The position numbers were made by a program, and so were the translations under genes. The notes under the pieces were generated by a model. The model ran no database searches and was not told the origin of the DNA. It saw only the letters and a program-made list of their open reading frames with translations. From the NCBI GenBank assembly GCA_001786955.1, contig MFUM01000008.1, positions 11,062 through 75,061 of the forward strand: a stretch of 64,000 nt of DNA, in the 5' to 3' direction. This stretch comes from Candidatus Nomurabacteria bacterium RIFCSPHIGHO2_12_FULL_42_19. Its GTDB lineage: Bacteria; Patescibacteriota; Minisyncoccia; Phycocordibacterales; UBA9973. Each line of letters begins with the position of its first letter. Position 1 is the stretch's first letter. This document shows positions 37,964 through 47,812 of the stretch, piece after piece.

Positions 37964-39667
37964 ATGGAGTATAAATCACAAAATGTGGTGTGTCAGAACT
38001 GTAAAGGTAATTTTATAATAGAGCCGGAGGATTTTTATTTCTATGAAAAAATAAAAGTCCCTCCGCCAACCTGGTGCCCGGAATGCCGGCAGCTTCGCCG
38101 CTATGCCTGGCGTAATGAACGCACCCTATACAGAAGGAACTGCGATTTATGCGGCAAGAACACGGTAACGATTTATTCTCCAAATAAGCCGCACAAGATG
38201 TATTGCCAGCCCTGTTGGTGGGGCGACGGCTGGGATCCGGCTTCCTATGGCCGTGATTTTGATTTTTCTCGGCCTTTTTTCGATCAATTTGCCGAATTGC
38301 AATTGGATGTGCCCCGCATGGCGCTCCTGAGTAAAAACAGCGTAAATTCAGAATACACCAACCATTCAGGGGACAATAAGAATGTTTACCTTTCTTTTGC
38401 AGCTTGGTCAGCCGAAGACGTTCTTTATAGCACCTGGGTTATGAAGTCCCGTGATTGTATGGACTGCAGTTTTGTTTACGATAAAGGCGAACGGCTGTAT
38501 GAAATAATCGATTCCCGAACCTCTTACGAGTGCCAGTACGGGCTATTTTTAAAAGATTGTTCCTCTTGTTACTATTGCTATGATTGCCGCGGGTGCAACC
38601 ATTGTTTTATGTCTTCTAACTTGCGCAATAAAAGTTATGTTTTTAAAAACAAACAATACACTCGGGAGGAATATTTAAAAAAAATAAAAGAATACGAATT
38701 ATCTTCTTTCTCAGCGCGAGAAAAACTGCAAAAAGAATTCCAGGACTTGATTGAAAAGGGTTCCATTCACCGCTACATAATCAGCGAACGTAATGTGAAT
38801 TCTGTCGGTTCTCTGATTTTTGACTGCAAAAATGTGACTCAATCTTTTGAAGTGAACAATGGGGAAGACAGCAAGTATATCTACGGCGCTCTGGATTTGA
38901 AAGATTGTATGGATATATATCATGTTGGATGGGCCACTACCGCGCTTGATTACGAATGCCATGGCTGCACTCGGATTTATGATTGTAAATTCTGCCATCT
39001 TTGTTATGACGACAACGGCGTGTCGTATTCCGACAGTTGCCAAAACAGCCAGAACCTTTTTGGTTGCGTGAGTATAAAAAAGGGCGAATATATGATTTTC
39101 AATAAAAAATACTCAAAAACCAATTATCTAGCGCTTAAGGAAAAAATAATAGAGCATATGAGAAAAATAGGAGAGTATGGGGGATTTTTCCCGCCGGCAA
39201 TTTCCCCAGTCGGCTACAACGAAACACAGGGGGCACTCTATGCTCCAATGACAAAAGAAGAAGTTTTGGCCAAGGGCTGGAAATGGGAGGAAAACATTCT
39301 GGGCACTTTCGGCAAAGAAACTATATTTCTCTCCGACATACCGGACAAAATTGAGGATGTTCCCGATAGTTTCTTGAAAGAAGTATTTTCCTGTATGGAA
39401 TGTTCCAAGAATTACAATATTACTCAAAATGAACTTCTTTTTTTGAAAAAAGAAAAAATTCCTTTACCCAGAAAGTGCCCGAATTGTCGTTACAAAAGAA
39501 GATTTAACCTCCGGCCTTTGCGAAAATTATGGCACCGGAGTTGTATGTGCGGTAAATCGGAGCACGGGCATTCGGCTAAATGCCCGAACGAATTTAAGAC
39601 CCCCTATGCCCCCGACCGGCCGGAAAAAGTGTATTGTGAGAGCTGCTACAACAAAGAAGTGTATTAA
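37964..39667 (+). CDS. Cys-rich zinc-ribbon / Cys-periodic repeat protein, paralog 2
   Basis: CQNC..PPPTWCPEC, WRNERTLY, CDLC..YCQPCWW, C-terminal PDRPEKVYCESCYNKEVY. Confidence 0.88.
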   Translation: MEYKSQNVVCQNCKGNFIIEPEDFYFYEKIKVPPPTWCPECRQLRRYAWRNERTLYRRNCDLCGKNTVTIYSPNKPHKMYCQPCWWGDGWDPASYGRDFDFSRPFFDQFAELQLDVPRMALLSKNSVNSEYTNHSGDNKNVYLSFAAWSAEDVLYSTWVMKSRDCMDCSFVYDKGERLYEIIDSRTSYECQYGLFLKDCSSCYYCYDCRGCNHCFMSSNLRNKSYVFKNKQYTREEYLKKIKEYELSSFSAREKLQKEFQDLIEKGSIHRYIISERNVNSVGSLIFDCKNVTQSFEVNNGEDSKYIYGALDLKDCMDIYHVGWATTALDYECHGCTRIYDCKFCHLCYDDNGVSYSDSCQNSQNLFGCVSIKKGEYMIFNKKYSKTNYLALKEKIIEHMRKIGEYGGFFPPAISPVGYNETQGALYAPMTKEEVLAKGWKWEENILGTFGKETIFLSDIPDKIEDVPDSFLKEVFSCMECSKNYNITQNELLFLKKEKIPLPRKCPNCRYKRRFNLRPLRKLWHRSCMCGKSEHGHSAKCPNEFKTPYAPDRPEKVYCESCYNKEVY

Positions 39668-39676
39668 ATATAAAGT

Positions 39677-39707
39677 ATTCTAATATTCTATAGAATTATA
39701 GAATAGA
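39677..39707 (-). repeat. 31-bp near-palindromic site, copy B (inverted)
   Basis: ATTCTAATATTCTATAGAATTATAGAATAGA is the exact reverse complement of copy A. Confidence 0.95.
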
Positions 39708-39712
39708 TAATT

Positions 39713-41455
39713 ATGAAAAGCGAGACAAAAAACTGCCAAAATTGCAAAAAGGATTTCACGATAGAACCGGATGATTTTGGGTTTTATGAGAAAATAAAAG
39801 TTCCGCCGCCGACTTTTTGTCCGGAATGCCGGCTTATTCGTCGGCTTGTCTGGCGCAACGAGAGAATATTATATCGCCGGATTTGTAATCTTTGCAATAA
39901 GAATATCATTTCCATGTATCATGAATCTGTGCCTTTTCCTGTGTATTGTCGGGAGTGCTGGTATGGGGACGGCTGGGACCCCACCTCTTACGGACGGGAA
40001 TACGATATGGCAAGGCCGTTTTTTGAGCAATATAAAGAGTTTTCCAATACTGTCCCGAGGCTGATGTTTTGGCAAAGAAATGCGATTAACTCGGATTATT
40101 CAAATCATGTAGCAGAATCAAGGAATGCTTACATGTCTGCATCTGTGATAAAAGAGTCGGAGAATGTTTTTTATTCAAAAAATATAGATGATTCAAGGGA
40201 TATAGTAGACTGTTTAAATATAATAAACGGATCGGAGCAACTATATGAGACCGTAGAAGCGCAGGGGAATTACAACTCGCAATATCTTCTCCTTTGCCGG
40301 AACACCCTGGATTCGTATTATTCGTTTGATTGCATAAATTGCAGTAATTGTTTTCTTTCTTATAACCTGCGCAATAAAAAATTCTGTATTAGAAATAAAC
40401 AATATTCGCAAAAAGAATATTTTCAAGAACTGGAAAAATTTAACTTAAAAAGCAGAACTTCGCGCGAGGTTTTACTTAAAGAATTTGAAGAGGTTAAAAA
40501 ACAAGCCATCTTCCGCTTTGGCAATATAACCAAGTGTGTGAATGTTACGGGTAACAATATGCTGAATGTGAAAAACGGCAAAAATTGTTTTGAAATATAT
40601 AATATAGAAAATGCAAGTTATTGTTATAGAATTCTTGATTCTAAAGATTGTGTGGATACGAGTTTTAGTATGAAATCAGAGTTACTCTATGAATATAGCT
40701 CGGGTGGTATGAATGATTACAATGTAAAATTTTCCTATTCCGCCATGAATTTTGTCCGAAATGCGGATTATGCCGAGTCCTGTATGAATTGCAGCAATAT
40801 TTTCGGCTGTATCTCACTTCGCGATGCGGAAAATGCCATTTTAAACAAAGTTTATTCCAAAAAAGAATTTGAAACACTAAGGTCAGAAATCATCAAGCAA
40901 ATGAGCGCCTTGCCTTTCATAGATAAAGGCGGAAGAAAATACGAGTACGGGGAATTTTTTCCCATAGAAATCAGTCCATGGGCATATAATGAAACATCAG
41001 CACAAGAAATTGCTCCCCTAAGCAAAGAATCAGCCCAAAAAAGCGGCTATTCGTGGCGCGACGCAGATGAAAAAAATTTCAATATTACAATGTCGGGAAA
41101 TATGATACCGGACAATATAGACGAAGTAGGGGAGAGTATTCTGAAAGAAGTTTTGGGCTGCGCGCATGAAGGGAAATGCAACCATCAATGTAATATCGCT
41201 TTTCGTATAACCGATTACGAGTTTAAGTTTTACAAAAAACACGACATACCTTTGCCGATTTTTTGCCCGAATTGCCGTTATTATGAGAGATTTAAAGTGA
41301 TGCCAGGGCTAAAATTATATAAAAGAAATTGCATGTGCGACAAAGCCGGTCACGGGCACAATGAAAAATGCCCGAATGAATTTGAGACAAGTTATTCCCC
41401 CGACCGGCCGGAAAAAGTGTATTGCGAAAGTTGTTACAACAAAGAAGTTTACTGA
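39713..41455 (+). CDS. Cys-rich zinc-ribbon / Cys-periodic repeat protein, paralog 3
   Basis: MKSETKNCQNCKKDFTIEP...CPEC; C-terminal PDRPEKVYCESCYNKEVY. Confidence 0.88.
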   Translation: MKSETKNCQNCKKDFTIEPDDFGFYEKIKVPPPTFCPECRLIRRLVWRNERILYRRICNLCNKNIISMYHESVPFPVYCRECWYGDGWDPTSYGREYDMARPFFEQYKEFSNTVPRLMFWQRNAINSDYSNHVAESRNAYMSASVIKESENVFYSKNIDDSRDIVDCLNIINGSEQLYETVEAQGNYNSQYLLLCRNTLDSYYSFDCINCSNCFLSYNLRNKKFCIRNKQYSQKEYFQELEKFNLKSRTSREVLLKEFEEVKKQAIFRFGNITKCVNVTGNNMLNVKNGKNCFEIYNIENASYCYRILDSKDCVDTSFSMKSELLYEYSSGGMNDYNVKFSYSAMNFVRNADYAESCMNCSNIFGCISLRDAENAILNKVYSKKEFETLRSEIIKQMSALPFIDKGGRKYEYGEFFPIEISPWAYNETSAQEIAPLSKESAQKSGYSWRDADEKNFNITMSGNMIPDNIDEVGESILKEVLGCAHEGKCNHQCNIAFRITDYEFKFYKKHDIPLPIFCPNCRYYERFKVMPGLKLYKRNCMCDKAGHGHNEKCPNEFETSYSPDRPEKVYCESCYNKEVY

Positions 41456-41568
41456 AAACTCTTGAAAACAACTTTTTGCAGGGGTTTTGAGCTTGACGGA
41501 GCGAAAACTTCAGAATTTTTTAAGCTTCAAAAAATTCGTACCGGAAAAAAGTTTGTTTTCAGGGTTTT
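41456..41568 (-). mobile_element. ~110-bp MITE-like element, copy 2 (inverted)
   Basis: Reverse complement TTTTTCCGGTACGAATTTTTTGAAGCTTAAAAAATTCTGAAG...CCGTC..GCTC.AAACCCCT aligns with 25158-25269. Confidence 0.7.
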
Positions 41569-42071
41569 TTCCCAAAAGCTTCAAATAAAATTTTCTTTGT
41601 TTCCTCGTCAATATTTTCGCTGACAATAATCATCATTTCGGTTGTCAGGCCCAAATCTTTTTTTATATTTGTAAATAAATGCTCAAAAGGGTAAGGAGAA
41701 ATCCAGGCGGAATTTTTCAGGCAGACGAAGCCGGCTTTTTTCAAAAGGTAGCGTAGGGATTCGCGTTCACTTTTTCTGCTCTCCGGCAAGTCGAGCAAAA
41801 TAATTCTCCAGAATCCGTCCCAACTTACCGGCACCGGCATCTCCTCATTCACCAACGTAATGCTGTGCAACTTCGCCTTACCTTTTTGGGTAATGCGTAA
41901 AAATGGCTGGTTGTCGGAGTTCTGTATCTCCGCATATCCGCCTTCTACCAGGTTTTTTACTGATCGGGTAAGGGCATAGGATGTTTTAAGCTCTGCAGTC
42001 GGTATAGCCGGTTTTTGGCCCAAAACCTCCAATATTTTCTTTGTATATCCTGATTTACTTGACATACCCAT
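41559..42071 (-). CDS. PaaX-like transcriptional regulator (wHTH plus PaaX-central / Cas2-like ferredoxin fold)
   Basis: LRITQKG wing, WDGFWRIILLDLPE..KSERESLR..LKKAGF..LKNSAWISPY. Confidence 0.8.
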   Translation of the reverse strand: MGMSSKSGYTKKILEVLGQKPAIPTAELKTSYALTRSVKNLVEGGYAEIQNSDNQPFLRITQKGKAKLHSITLVNEEMPVPVSWDGFWRIILLDLPESRKSERESLRYLLKKAGFVCLKNSAWISPYPFEHLFTNIKKDLGLTTEMMIIVSENIDEETKKILFEAFGKKP

Positions 42072-42122
42072 ATATTATAATATATATTACCTTTTGACAA
42101 GCATTCCGCGACCACGAAATAC

Positions 42123-42151
42123 TTGCTAAAAATAAATGATTGGTATATAAT
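42123..42151 (+). promoter_or_regulatory. Sigma-70-type promoter of dnaK
   Basis: TTGCTA-N17-TATAAT about 125 nt upstream of the dnaK ATG. Confidence 0.55.
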
Positions 42152-42274
42152 GAGTTTACAAAATTATTTATAAGCATTGCTCGAAGAAAATCAAACTTTC
42201 CTGCGTTAGGTCATAAGGATAATGCTCTTGGAAAGTTTATTTTCTTCTCGCAATAATTAATTATTAAAAAATAT

Positions 42275-44179
42275 ATGTCAAAAATAATAGGTATAGATTT
42301 GGGGACAACAAATTCGGCAGTTGCTGTGATTGAAGGAGGTGCGCCGAAAATTATTGAAAACGTTGAAGGCAACCGCACGACGCCTTCCGTTGTCGCGACC
42401 GCAAAAAATGGCGACCGCATCGTCGGTCTTCTTGCCAAGAGGCAGGCGGTGACAAATCCGGAAAACACGATAGCTGAAATCAAGCGTCTTATGGGGCACC
42501 GCTTTGATGACGTGGAAGTGCAGAAAGATAAGGAAACGGCCGCATTTAAAATTGAAGCGGGAGACGGCGGCGGAACGAAAGTAAAAATGTCGGACAAGTT
42601 CTACCGGCCAGAAGAAATCTCCGCGATGATTTTACAGAAAATAAAAACCGATGTTGAAGCAAAACTGGGAGAAAAAATTACCGAAGCGGTTATTACCGTG
42701 CCGGCCTATTTCAATGATGCGCAGAGAAAAGCGACCAAAGATGCCGGGGCCATCGCCGGACTGGATGTAAAACGCATCATCAACGAGCCGACGGCTGCCG
42801 CGTTGGCTTACGGATTTAATAAAAAGAAAAATGAAAAGATAGTCGTCTACGACTTCGGCGGAGGAACTTTTGATGTATCGGTGCTGGAAATCGGCGATGA
42901 TGTCATTGAAGTCAAGTCCACCGACGGCGACAGCCATATGGGCGGGGGCGACATAGACAGAAAGATAATAGCTTACATTGCCGAAGAATATAAAAAAGAT
43001 TCCGGTATTGATGTAATCAAAGACCCTCTGGCGCACCAGAGATTGAAGGAAGCGGCCGAAAAAGCCAAACACGAGCTTTCAACTACGATTGAAACCGAAA
43101 TCAACATACCCTTTATTACCTCAGATAGCTCCGGGCCAAAGCATTTATTGATGAAAATGACCCGCGCGACTTTGGAGTCTCTCGCCAAAGACTTGATTGA
43201 CCGTTCCATTGAAATTACCAAGAGAGCCTTGGCTGCTTCGCCGTTCAAGATGAATGAAATTAATGAAATTATTATGGTCGGCGGGCAGACCCGCATGCCG
43301 ATGATTGTGGAAGCCGTCAAGAATCTTTTCGGCAAAGACCCGAATATGTCCATCAATCCGGACGAAGTCGTCGCCTTGGGCGCCGCGGTCCAAGCCGGAG
43401 TGCTTCAGGGCGACGTGCGCGATGTTTTACTGCTTGATGTCATACCGCTTTCTTTGGGGATAGAGACATTGGGAGGCGTGGCCACAAAATTAATTGAAAG
43501 AAACACAACTATTCCTTCAAGCAAATCCCAGACATTCTCAACTGCCGCCGATAACCAAACTTCTGTGGAAATACACATTGTCCAGGGAGAGCGCCCGATG
43601 GCCTCCGACAACAAATCTCTCGGGCGATTTATCCTGGACGGAATTCCACCGGCGCCTCGGGGCATGCCGCAGATTGAAGTTGCTTTTGATGTGGATGCGA
43701 ATGGAATTCTGAATGTGGCGGCCAAAGATAAGGCTTCCGGCAAAAGCCAGTCCATTAGGATAGAAGCAAGCTCCGGACTGAAAGAAGAAGATATAAAGAA
43801 AATGCAGGCGGATGCGGAACTGCATGCCGAGGAAGACAAGAAGAAAAAAGAAAATGCCGAAGTGAAAAATACCGCGGAGATGATTATTTATACTGCCGAG
43901 AAAGCGCTAAAAGATAATGAAGAGAAAATTCCTGCAGATGTAAAAGATGGCGTAAATGCCAAGATAACCGCCTTGCGGGGAGTGAAAGATGGTGCCGACG
44001 GAGAGGCCATTAAAAAAGCCACCGAAGAGCTTTCCGCCGAAATGTCCAAAATTGGCGAAGCGATGGCCAAGGCCGGCGCAACTCCTCAATCTCCCAAAAC
44101 TCCCGAAGAGCAAAATCCCGAAGTTCACGATGCAGAATTCAAGGAGAAAAAAGAAGGGGAGGAAGGCGAAGTAAAATAA
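42275..44179 (+). CDS. dnaK: Chaperone DnaK
   Basis: [49 protein letters not shown]. Confidence 0.99.
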   Translation: MSKIIGIDLGTTNSAVAVIEGGAPKIIENVEGNRTTPSVVATAKNGDRIVGLLAKRQAVTNPENTIAEIKRLMGHRFDDVEVQKDKETAAFKIEAGDGGGTKVKMSDKFYRPEEISAMILQKIKTDVEAKLGEKITEAVITVPAYFNDAQRKATKDAGAIAGLDVKRIINEPTAAALAYGFNKKKNEKIVVYDFGGGTFDVSVLEIGDDVIEVKSTDGDSHMGGGDIDRKIIAYIAEEYKKDSGIDVIKDPLAHQRLKEAAEKAKHELSTTIETEINIPFITSDSSGPKHLLMKMTRATLESLAKDLIDRSIEITKRALAASPFKMNEINEIIMVGGQTRMPMIVEAVKNLFGKDPNMSINPDEVVALGAAVQAGVLQGDVRDVLLLDVIPLSLGIETLGGVATKLIERNTTIPSSKSQTFSTAADNQTSVEIHIVQGERPMASDNKSLGRFILDGIPPAPRGMPQIEVAFDVDANGILNVAAKDKASGKSQSIRIEASSGLKEEDIKKMQADAELHAEEDKKKKENAEVKNTAEMIIYTAEKALKDNEEKIPADVKDGVNAKITALRGVKDGADGEAIKKATEELSAEMSKIGEAMAKAGATPQSPKTPEEQNPEVHDAEFKEKKEGEEGEVK

Positions 44180-44976
44180 TGAAATTACCCCTAAATAATT
44201 TAAATTATCCAGTAAAAATTTCAATTGGAAATAGCTCTGGCTCTGGTTTTTTGATTAGTTATGAGAATAATATATACCTTGTTACAGCTAAACATGTTGT
44301 TTATCAGCAAGACAACATAACAAAAAATTATGTATTATTTGGCGATAAATTAAAAATTACTTGCTATACCTTCCTAGAGCAGTTATCACCACATATACCA
44401 AGAGTATATGAAATTGAAGTTACAAAAATTTTATTAGATAATAATTTAAAGTCTCATCCTACAGCAGATATTGTAGTTATAAAATTAGGGTCCAAAGACG
44501 ACAAATCAGTACTTAGTTTTGTGCCTGGTATTTCAGTAATACAAAATGCCGAAGGGGCACTTGTCCATTATTTAATGGATGGGTCAAGAAAATTTGATGA
44601 TTTAGAAATAACAAATGATGTATTCGTCTTAGGGTATCCAGTTTCCTTGAGTACTTCGGAAATGAAACAAATAAATTATGATGCACCCCTTGTACGTAAG
44701 GGAATAATAGCAGGTAAGAATTATGAAAATAAAACTATTGTGTTAGATTGCCCAGTATATGGTGGAAATAGTGGAGGCATGGTACTTGAAATGAATTCAG
44801 AAAAATCAAAAATACATTTGATTGGAGTAGTAGTACAATTTATTCCGTTTGTGGATCAATGGAGGAATGTTAGATTTCCAGAACTTTACAATTCGAATTT
44901 CCAAAATTCTGGCTATTCGATTGCCCTGCCAGTAGATTATATATACGATTTGATTAAAGAAATTGGAACAACTTAA
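44179..44976 (+). CDS. Trypsin-like serine protease (AT-rich gene)
   Basis: GSGFLI, VTAKHV (His), ADIVVI (Asp), GGNSGG (Ser). Confidence 0.85.
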   Translation: MKLPLNNLNYPVKISIGNSSGSGFLISYENNIYLVTAKHVVYQQDNITKNYVLFGDKLKITCYTFLEQLSPHIPRVYEIEVTKILLDNNLKSHPTADIVVIKLGSKDDKSVLSFVPGISVIQNAEGALVHYLMDGSRKFDDLEITNDVFVLGYPVSLSTSEMKQINYDAPLVRKGIIAGKNYENKTIVLDCPVYGGNSGGMVLEMNSEKSKIHLIGVVVQFIPFVDQWRNVRFPELYNSNFQNSGYSIALPVDYIYDLIKEIGTT

Positions 44977-45018
44977 ATAGGGCTTTTTGGTTTGGCTAAT
45001 TTTTGCTATAATTTAAAA

Positions 45019-45666
45019 ATGAAATACTCTGCGGTGATTTTTGACTGGGACGGGACACTAGGAATGACGCTTCATATATGGCTGGAAGCATATAAAAGTG
45101 AACTAAAAAATCTAGGTATAGAACTATCAGACCAAACTATTATTGAGGATTTTTTCTATGAGCACAAAAAGACAGCAACAAAATATCCAAATATTGATTT
45201 CGATCCTTATATAGAAAAAGTCCGCAAATATATGATTAGTCATGCACCTTTAATGAAACTTTATTCCGGAGTGAATGAGACATTAGAGAAATTACAAACG
45301 AGAGGTATTGTTCTCGCTTTGGTTTCTTCAAGCCCCAGAAAATTACTTGAAGAAGTGCTTGAACTGACCGGGCTGTCGAAATTTTTCTCAGCCATTTCCG
45401 GGTTTGACGATATTATGAAACACAAACCTGACCCAGAACCTTTTTTGTATATTATGGAAATTGCAAAACTTGATCCGAAAACCACAATTATTTTAGGAGA
45501 TTCACCACACGACATCATTGCCGCAAAAGCAGCAGGCATAGATTCTTGTCTTTTCTTGCCTCCGGAAAATAAAATATTTTATGATTTCGATCAGCTTAAA
45601 AAGACAAACCCAAATTATTCCATTGAAACTCTGGAAGAATTTTTGGAGCTTATTTTAAATAGTTAA
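45019..45666 (+). CDS. HAD-superfamily hydrolase (phosphoglycolate phosphatase-like)
   Basis: FDWDGTL, LVSS, KPDPEP, GDSPHDI.AAKAAG. Confidence 0.92.
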   Translation: MKYSAVIFDWDGTLGMTLHIWLEAYKSELKNLGIELSDQTIIEDFFYEHKKTATKYPNIDFDPYIEKVRKYMISHAPLMKLYSGVNETLEKLQTRGIVLALVSSSPRKLLEEVLELTGLSKFFSAISGFDDIMKHKPDPEPFLYIMEIAKLDPKTTIILGDSPHDIIAAKAAGIDSCLFLPPENKIFYDFDQLKKTNPNYSIETLEEFLELILNS

Positions 45667-45707
45667 AAATACTGGCAAAAAAGACCATTTTATTGTAAAA
45701 TATTAAC

Positions 45708-47810
45708 ATGGATTTGCCGGAAATACCCATAAATAAAGATGTTACTTATCTCGGTCTAACGACTTATCGGGACAAAAACACACTTTTTGGCATTAAGCGC
45801 AAAGACCGGCGTCAGCATGTTTATCTGCTCGGAAAATCCGGGACCGGTAAATCTGTCCTAATGTTCAACATGATTATCCAGAATATCCAGAACGGCGAAG
45901 GGGTTTGCTTGGTTGACCCGCACGGAGAGAATGTTGAAGCGGTTTTATCCGCCATTCCGCCTCATCGCATGAAAGATGTCATTTATTTTAATCCGGCCGA
46001 TGCGGACTATCATATCGGTTTTAACGTTTTGGAGCTGATTGACCCGCAATACAAGCATCTGGTGGCTTCCGGCTTGATGGGTATTTTTACCAAAATCTGG
46101 GCCAATGCTTGGAGTGCCCGGATGGAATATATTTTAAATAATACGATTTTGGCCCTGCTGGATACGCCGGGCACGACGCTTCTTGGTATTCCCCGAATGC
46201 TGGTGGATAAAGATTACCGTCAGAAAATAATTTCCAATTTGAAAGACCCCGTCATCAAGGCTTTTTGGGTTCACGAATACGAAGCTTGGCAGGATAAATT
46301 CAGAAATGAAGCCATTGCGCCGATTCAGAACAAAGTTGGGCAGTTTCTTTCCACTTCTATCATCCGGAATGTTGTCGGCCAGTCCAAAAGCACCATCAAT
46401 GTTTTTGACATGATGAATGAGGGAAAGATTTTCCTGGTAAATGTTTCCAAAGGGCGTATCGGCGAAGACAACTCCGCCTTGCTGGGCGGCATGATTATTA
46501 CCAAAATCCAGCTGGCAGCCATGGAACGTGTGCGCATTCCCGAAGAACATCGCAGGGACTTTTACCTTTACGTGGATGAATTCCAGAATTTCGTGACGGA
46601 TGCTTTCGCGGGCATTTTATCCGAAGCCAGAAAATACAGACTGAATCTGACCGTGGCTCATCAATATACTGCCCAACTTGTTTCGGATAAAAGCACGGCG
46701 GTGCGCGATGCCGTTTTCGGCAACGTCGGGACGATGATAGTTTTTCGTGTTGGTGCGGACGATGCCGATTTTCTGGAAAAAGAATTCGAACCGGAATTTA
46801 TTCCTCAGGACATAGTTAATTTACCGAACTATAAAGTTTATATGAAATTAATGATAGACGGCGTAACTTCCAGGCCGTTTTCCGCCAAGACTTTGCCACA
46901 GATGGTAAAGTCCGGTGATAAAAAAATAGAAGAAGAGGTTATCCAGTCTTCGCGCGCCCTTTATTGCCGTCCGAAAGAGGTTGTGGAGCGGGAAATCAAT
47001 GACTGGAGCGGAATGTCTCTCGGCAATGACAATGAAACTGCCCCGGGAAGCCTGGAAAAATTTCCGGCTGTTTGTTCATTTTGCAAGAAAGAAACAACCG
47101 TGCCTTTCAAGCCGGAGCCGGGCAGGACAGTTTATTGCAAAGATTGCATAGCCAGAATAAAATCCGGGGAGATAAAAGTGGAAAAGAGCGGAGAACATCA
47201 AATCAAGCATGATGAAACAAAATTTTTTAAGCCATTAGCCGACATAGGGATAGAGTTTGAACAAAAAGACAGGGGTAAAATAGAAGAAGGGGAGAGATAT
47301 CCGGAGCGGGGAGATCACCACTTGGATAAACCTAAATCTGGAGTATTCGGAGCGATTAAAAAAGTTTTTACCTCGCCGCCGAAAGTTTCTAAACCTGCCC
47401 ACGCAGGCGGGGATAATTCGGCCTTGAGAGAAGTTTTAAAAAAGATAGATGAACCTATTTCACTCGATACGCTAAAAAATAAAACTAAAGAAGTCAGTAA
47501 AATTTCTATGCCCTCAAAAGACAGAGCCGCCAGCCCGGAAGATATGAATAAATTAAAAGATTTGATTGCGGAAAAAATTCCTGCCCGCAATGCTTCTAGC
47601 ATAGCTGATGCAGGCGGGGAACCCAAAGAAGAAAACACCACCCCGGCTAAAGCCACCCCTCCTCCGAAAGGAGGGGAAGAAATTCCCCAAAAACCTACAC
47701 CCGTCTCTACTCAAGGCTCCGGCGAGGCAAAGCCAGTTCAAGAGCCTCCACTGACAAAAGGAAACATTCAAGAAATCCCCGAAGATGTCTTAAGAAAAAT
47801 TTTAGAATAG
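45708..47810 (+). CDS. VirD4/VirB4 (TraD/HerA-like) ATPase with CxxC-x17-CxxC domain and disordered tail
   Basis: DRRQHVYLLGKSGTGKS, VDPHGE, LYVDEFQNF, ILSEARKY; CSFC-x17-CKDC. Confidence 0.88.
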   Translation: MDLPEIPINKDVTYLGLTTYRDKNTLFGIKRKDRRQHVYLLGKSGTGKSVLMFNMIIQNIQNGEGVCLVDPHGENVEAVLSAIPPHRMKDVIYFNPADADYHIGFNVLELIDPQYKHLVASGLMGIFTKIWANAWSARMEYILNNTILALLDTPGTTLLGIPRMLVDKDYRQKIISNLKDPVIKAFWVHEYEAWQDKFRNEAIAPIQNKVGQFLSTSIIRNVVGQSKSTINVFDMMNEGKIFLVNVSKGRIGEDNSALLGGMIITKIQLAAMERVRIPEEHRRDFYLYVDEFQNFVTDAFAGILSEARKYRLNLTVAHQYTAQLVSDKSTAVRDAVFGNVGTMIVFRVGADDADFLEKEFEPEFIPQDIVNLPNYKVYMKLMIDGVTSRPFSAKTLPQMVKSGDKKIEEEVIQSSRALYCRPKEVVEREINDWSGMSLGNDNETAPGSLEKFPAVCSFCKKETTVPFKPEPGRTVYCKDCIARIKSGEIKVEKSGEHQIKHDETKFFKPLADIGIEFEQKDRGKIEEGERYPERGDHHLDKPKSGVFGAIKKVFTSPPKVSKPAHAGGDNSALREVLKKIDEPISLDTLKNKTKEVSKISMPSKDRAASPEDMNKLKDLIAEKIPARNASSIADAGGEPKEENTTPAKATPPPKGGEEIPQKPTPVSTQGSGEAKPVQEPPLTKGNIQEIPEDVLRKILE

Positions 47811-47812
47811 AG

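Noticed and set aside
41559-42071. Cas2-like fold suggesting a CRISPR-Cas locus
   Set aside because: No cas1 or other cas genes and no repeat-spacer array in the window. The WDGxW motif with an N-terminal wHTH fits a PaaX-like regulator.
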